Below, in pieces: positions 58,556 to 64,000 of a stretch of DNA of 64,000 bases. The notes under the pieces were generated by a model, which saw nothing but the letters and a program-made list of their open reading frames with translations, was not told the origin of the DNA and did no database searches. Source of the stretch: the human T2T-CHM13v2.0 reference genome, Homo sapiens. How positions within the stretch are numbered: position 1 is the first letter of the stretch; the number at the start of each line of letters is the position of its first letter. The stretch lies in assembly GCF_009914755.1 (NCBI RefSeq), contig NC_060933.1; one strand, 5' to 3'. Made by a program: the position numbers and the translations under genes.

Positions 58556-60917
58556 TGATAAAGTTTGGCTTTGTGTCCCCTCCCAAATCTCATTTTGAGT
58601 TTTAATCCCCATGTGTCCAGGAAAGGGCGTGGTGGGAGGTGATTTGATCATGGGGGCATTTTCCCTCATGCTCTTCTCATTATAGTGAGTGAGTTCTCAC
58701 AAGACCTGATGGTTTAAAAGTGTTTGGTAGTTCCTCCCTCACTCTCTGTCCTGCTGCCATGGAAGATGTGCCTTGCTTCCCCTTTGCCTTCTACCATGAT
58801 TTTAAGTTTCCTGAGGCTTCCCCAGCCATGCAGAACTGTGAATCAATTAAACCTTTTTTCTTTATAAATTACCCAGTCTCAGGTAGTTCTTTATAGCAGT
58901 ATGAACACTGATTAATACAGAAAATTGGTACAGGAATAATGGGGTACTACTGTAAAGATAACCTAAAAATGTAGAAGCAACCAGGGACCTGGGTAACGGG
59001 CAGAGGTTGGAATAGTTTGAAGAGTTCAGAAGAAGACAGGAAGATGTAGGAAAGTTTTGAACTTCCTAAAGACTTGTTGAATGGTTTTCACGAAAATTCT
59101 GTTCAAGATATGGACAATAAATCCAGGCAGAAGTGGTCTCAGATGGAGATGAGGAACTTATTGGGAACTGGAGTAAAAGTCACTCTTGCTATGCTTTGGC
59201 AAAGAGACTAAACAGCAACATTTTGCCCTTGCCATAGAGATCTATGGAACTTTGAACTTGAGAGTTCAAATGATTTAGGGTGTCTGGTGAAGAAAATTTC
59301 TAAGCAGCAAAGCATTCAAGGTTTGACCTGGCTGTTTCTAAAAGCATATAGTCATATGCATTCACAGAAAGATGATCTGAAATTGGAACTTACGTTTAAA
59401 AGGGAAGCAGAGTGTAAAAGTGTGGAAAATTTGCAGCCTAACCATGTGCTAGAAAAGAAAAACCCATTTTCTGGGGAGAAATTCAAGCCGGCTGCAGAAA
59501 TTTGCATAAGTAACAAGGAGCCAAATGTTAATAGCCAAGACAATGGGGAGAATGACTCCAGGGCATTTCAGAGATCATCATGGCAGCACCCCCCCCATCA
59601 CAGGCCCAGAGGTTTAGGAGGGAAAAATGGTTTCGTGGGCCAGGCACAGGGTCCTGCTGCTCTGTGCAGCTTTGGGACATAGTGCCCTGTATCCCAGCCA
59701 CTCCAGCTCCAACTGTGGCTAAGAGGGGGCCACTGTACAGCTTGGACCATTGCTTCAGAGGTTGCAAGCCCCAAGCCTTGGTGGCTTCCACATGGTGTTG
59801 GGTCTCTGGGTATGCAGAAAATAAGAGTTGAGCTTTGGGAGCCTCTACCTAGACTTCAGAGGATATATGGAAATGCCTGAATGTCTAGGCAGAAGTCTTC
59901 TGCAGGGGTGGAGCCTCATAAAGAACTTCTACTAGGGCAATGCAGAGGGAAAATGTGGGATTGGAGACACAGAGTCTCCACTGAGGCACTGCCCAGTGGG
60001 GCTGTGAGAAGAAGGCCACTGTCCTGCAGACCCCAGAATGGTAGATACACTGAGAGCTTGTTCTGTGTGCCTGGAAAAGCCGCAGGCACACAACGCCAGC
60101 CTGTGAAAGCAGCCACAGGGGCTGTACCTTGCAGACCCACATGGGCAGAGCTGTCCAAACCATGGGAGCCTACCTCTTGCATCAGCGTGCCCTGGATGTG
60201 AGACATGGGGTCAAAGGAGATTATTTTGGAGGTTTAAGATTTAATGTACGCCCTGCCAGGTTTTGGACTTGCATGGGGCCTGTGGGCCCTTTATTTTGAC
60301 CAATTTCTCCAATTTGGAGTGGCAGCATTTATCCAATACCTGTACCCCCATTGTACCTAACTTGCTTTTGATTTTACAGGCTCATAGGTGGAAAGGACTT
60401 GCCTTGTCTCAGATAAGACTTTGGACTTGGACTTTAGAGTTAATGCTGGAATGAGTTAAGACTTTGGGAGACTGTTGGGAAGGCATGATTGTGTTTTGAA
60501 ATGTGAGAAGGATATGAGATTTGGAATAAAAATGTTCCAGGGGTGGAACAGTATGTTCTGGCTCTGTGTCCCCACCCAAATCTCATCTCAAATTGTAATC
60601 CCCATGTGTCAAGGGAGAGACCTGGTGGGAGGTGATTGGATCATGGGAGTGGTTTTTCCCATGTTGTGCTCATGGTAGTGAGTGAGTTCTCAGAAGATCT
60701 GATGGTTTAAAAGTGTTTGGCAGTTCTCTCCTCGCTCTATCTCTCTTCTGCCACCATGGAAGACGTGCCTTGCTTCCCCTTTACCTTCTGTCATGATTGT
60801 AAGTTTCCTGAGGCCTCCCCAACCATGCAGAACTATCAGTCAATTAAACCTTTTTTTCTTCATATATTACCCAGTTTCAGGTAGTTCTTTATAGAAGTGT
60901 AAAAATGGACTAAAACA
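58556..60917 (+). mobile_element. Full-length THE1D-like MaLR element (LTR-internal-LTR)
   Basis: LTRs at 58556-58919 and about 60549-60917 with gatggtttaaaagtgtttgg(c/t)agttc; about 1.63-kb THE1-int; flanks gtacc/gtatg (degenerate 5-bp TSD). Confidence 0.93.
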
Positions 60918-61635
60918 GTATGTAAGGGACAAGAGCAAGACATATTCACACTAACATGCTGAAAAAGCTTTATGTGCACATGTGAGGACATCCTAACCTG
61001 CACCTACCATCCCTGTTTTTACCAAATGCAAATACTCTTCTGGCCACCCTTCACACCTGCACCCCGTTCCTCCCTTGAGGGGACTGACCTGGCAACAAAA
61101 CCTTCTTAGGCTCTTAGAGACATACGTGATATCATTTTGCAAAATAATTCTAGGTGCTTCAAGATAATGACGCCAGTGTGTGGAAGCATGAGATAACATA
61201 GATCCAAATAAAATGGAATCTACAGATGTAAAGCTGGAATCAGAATATAAATGAGCCCAAGTCCTTGTGTGTACACACTTGAGTGGAATATTTGAGTTGG
61301 GTGCAAGGTCCTCTGAACAAGAATAGAGTGAGAAGGGTAAAGAGTAGGCCTCTTATATATTTCCCACTCTAAGGTATATATGAGTTCCAAAGATTATCTA
61401 GTATATGACAGAAAGAGGGTCCATAGAACAAAATAAGGGATAAACCATTAGTAAATCTGTAGTTTTTATTATTTAACTTTAGAATTATTGCTCTCATCAC
61501 TTTTCCTCTTTTTAGTCAATAGCTACCCATTCTAATAGAAGACAGGCACATACACTGAATGATCTCCTGAGTCTATTGCAATAGAATGATTATCATCCTT
61601 TATTCCAACTTCCTGTTCTCATTTCCCCTGCTAGC

Positions 61636-62097
61636 CTAAAAAAGATAAGTAAAGCAAAGATACAAAATTAGATTATAAACCAGATCATATATGACAATAG
61701 AACTCGAGTCCAAATCCTCTGTAGCAACTAGCCGATGAATCCAAACCACAACTTCTGTAGCAATCATACCAGAGTACTCAAAACTTGGCTAATGACTACC
61801 AGGTTCTCAATTTCTCATTCACTCAACCAGAGGAAGACATGCGTGTTCTTGAAAGCAATCATATAAGATATCCTACCTCTAGTTAGTTTGGCTCTTGCTT
61901 CTCCATCCCAACAACCTCTATTAGAGTGTACCTGAATCCTCCCTCCACATTTTTTTTTACTATAAAGCTTTTTCACTCTTTTGCCTGCATTTGAATCTCT
62001 GTCAAATTGAAATCATGGTAACTCCATTGCTATAGAAAGCTCTAAAACATATAGCCTCTGTTTGTTCCCACTTGGGTGGTCTTCCTGTATTTCTACA
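61636..62097 (+). mobile_element. ERV1 (MER4-group, MER90-like) 5' LTR
   Basis: ccaaaccacaacttctgtagcaatc, TATA-like ctataaagc, ends ...gtggtcttcctgtatttctaca and is followed by a primer-binding site; family name uncertain. Confidence 0.65.
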
Positions 62098-62104
62098 GTT
62101 TTCC

Positions 62105-62122
62105 TGGAGGATCCACCAACAT
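62105..62122 (+). other. Degenerate primer-binding site (PBS) for tRNA-Gln
   Basis: tggaggatccaccaacat versus TGGAGGTTCCACCGAGAT (complement of the tRNA-Gln 3' end): 15/18, a few nt after the LTR CA. Confidence 0.6.
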
Positions 62123-62747
62123 ATAACCTGAACTATTCATCACCATGGATCCCACACTTTGGTGTAAAATTACCCATGGAGTGCCCTGAATCTTGTTGAT
62201 CACAATGAGTAGATCAATGAGTACATCAGCACCCGGTCTGAACTCTGCTGTGTTTTTGTTGAGCTCTACAGCTATTTATTCTGCTTGGCACCCAGGTTTT
62301 GTTATCGCTTCCCGGTTTTTGGCATTCTTGCTAGAATCAGGCCATTCATTTTCATCCTGTTCTGCTCCCTTTTGTGCTTCTGTTTTGTGCTGTCTAAAAT
62401 TGTTATTAGTCATAAGGAGAATCACTGATTATAACACAACCATGCCTTATAACCCTGTTACATAAGTCAGCCACACAAACAGGTGAGTGTTGTTCTCACT
62501 GGATAGGAATCCATTTGGACAAACTTTGCTCTGGGTCACCAGTAATATTAGACAAAGCTCTTTTTCCATCTACATTTTTGGTACTGATGTCTTGGCTTTG
62601 ACACAGAAAGAACAATCTTTCTGGTTTTCTTTCTGATGTGGAGTGAAGACTGTCTAGTCTGAATTTAAAAATGGCCAACTATTAGATTTGGTGCCTGAGA
62701 CAGGAAATGGACAAGCATCACTTTTTGACCAGCTATTGCCAAATCTT

Positions 62748-63080
62748 ATGAGACCATCTAAGCCTAAATCCTCTCATCCTCCAGCAGACATTCCTGCCTC
62801 TTATATATACATTCTCATTAAAATTTTAATTCTTGTGCATGTCTCCCTGAATGGCATAACTTTCCCGAAGTTATAATCTGGGCTTTCAGTGTCCATGCTG
62901 GGGAATATTTAACTGGAATAACATTACTTATTTGAGAAACACCTTAGAAAACAAAGAGAACATGAGCAGCATTTTTTAATTGGTATATAGAGACCACCAC
63001 ACAAAATTCTGATTCAAAAATTGCTTCACTAACAGCTTCTTTGGCCAAATCCAATGGGCAATTTGACAAACTTAGGCAGT
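62748..63080 (+). pseudogene. Decayed ERV1 gag (matrix-like N-terminus)
   Basis: Frameshifted MRPSKPKSSHPPADIPASY... / SCACLPEWHNF... / NLGFQCPCWGIFNWNNITYLRNTLE resembles the gammaretrovirus-like MA WPxxGTF region; lies downstream of the LTR and PBS. Confidence 0.5.
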
Positions 63081-63088
63081 ACAAACTA

Positions 63089-63449
63089 CAGACAGCCTCC
63101 AACTTACAATGGTTTCACCTTAAAATTTTCTGACGTTATGGTGGTGTGAAAGTGATTAAGGATTCCGTAGAAAACAAACTTTAAATTTTGAATTTTGATC
63201 TTTTCCTGTGCTAGCAATATATAGCACAATACTCTTACATAAGATAGCCAACACTTTATTATAAAGTAAACTTAGTGTTAGATGATATTGCCCAAATGTG
63301 GGCTAATGTAAGTGTTCTGAGCACATTTAAGGTAGGCTAGACCTAAATGTGGTAGATTAGGTGTATTAAGTGCTTTCTGGACTTACAATATTTTAAACTC
63401 AGGATGGGCTTATCAGGATGTAACCGCATTGTAAAGCAAGGAGCAGTTG
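63089..63449 (-). mobile_element. MER47 (Tigger-family) DNA transposon
   Basis: Terminal inverted repeats cagacagcctccaacttacaatg / cattgtaaagcaaggagcagttg, TA on both sides, internal gctaatgtaagtgttctgagcacatttaaggtaggctag. Confidence 0.88.
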
Positions 63450-64000
63450 TAGATTTATTTCTCCAGTAAATCTTCAGACTTCTTGTTCTTCATTTGATTC
63501 CTTGCATCTGGCACTCTTCTTCCCTTTGTCCTTCTGATTTCTCTCCATCTATACCTCCACTGACTCCTTCCCCTTCTTGTCCAGACCCTTTACCTTTTCC
63601 CAATGCCTCTTCTAAGACCCAAGAATACCAGTTGCCTCTAAAGATCCATCTCTCCCATGAGCTAAGTTTATAGGCAGCTGTAGAATTTAAGCCTTACCCA
63701 TGCTAAATAAAAAGCTATATATAAATTTAAAATTTTTCCCTAAACTCAGAGGAAACCATAAATTACTTGTATAAGAACTTAATTTTTTTTTATCCATATG
63801 ACCCAGAGTTGCCTGACCTGTATCAACTTGTACACATATTGATCAGAAAGTCAGATGTGAAATCTTGGATGGCTGAAGGTGATTGAACTAACCTAGAAAT
63901 ACTTTTTTCTACAATAAACCCAAAAGTTTTTTTAAAGGTCCAAAAGCATGAGAACATTTTCTAAAAGCCATAATTGAAACATTTCCAATAAAAATAAATT

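Noticed and set aside
59287-60678. Several 60-131 aa ORFs
   Set aside because: Fragments of the decayed THE1 internal region and LTR, not host genes.

Overview
AT-rich primate genomic DNA, most likely human or great ape (AluJ/S/Y, L1PA2-type, THE1D, MST, MLT, MER elements). It looks intergenic or deep intronic. I find no credible host protein-coding exon, tRNA or CRISPR array. The only real protein signal is from retroelements: a 5'-truncated L1PA2-like ORF2 at 17.1-21.2 kb, a second L1 3' end at 6.8-7.4 kb, and a decayed ERV1 gag at about 62.7 kb. The other ORFs are Alu/LTR read-throughs or chance. The more unusual content is: (i) a tailless 5S rRNA retrocopy with a perfect 14-bp target-site duplication (TSD); (ii) several local copy/template-switch scars (a scrambled 76-bp duplication at 5 kb, a 73-bp copy 3.5 kb apart carrying an ETS-IRF motif, a 190-bp plus 62-bp plus snap-back cluster at 50.5-52.1 kb, and a poly(A)-only insertion); and (iii) several repeat-free blocks rich in homeobox motifs or retained CpGs that resemble developmental enhancers. 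I cannot support a new gene system here. Repeat subfamily names come from recalled consensus features, not a database run, and boundaries of old repeats are approximate.
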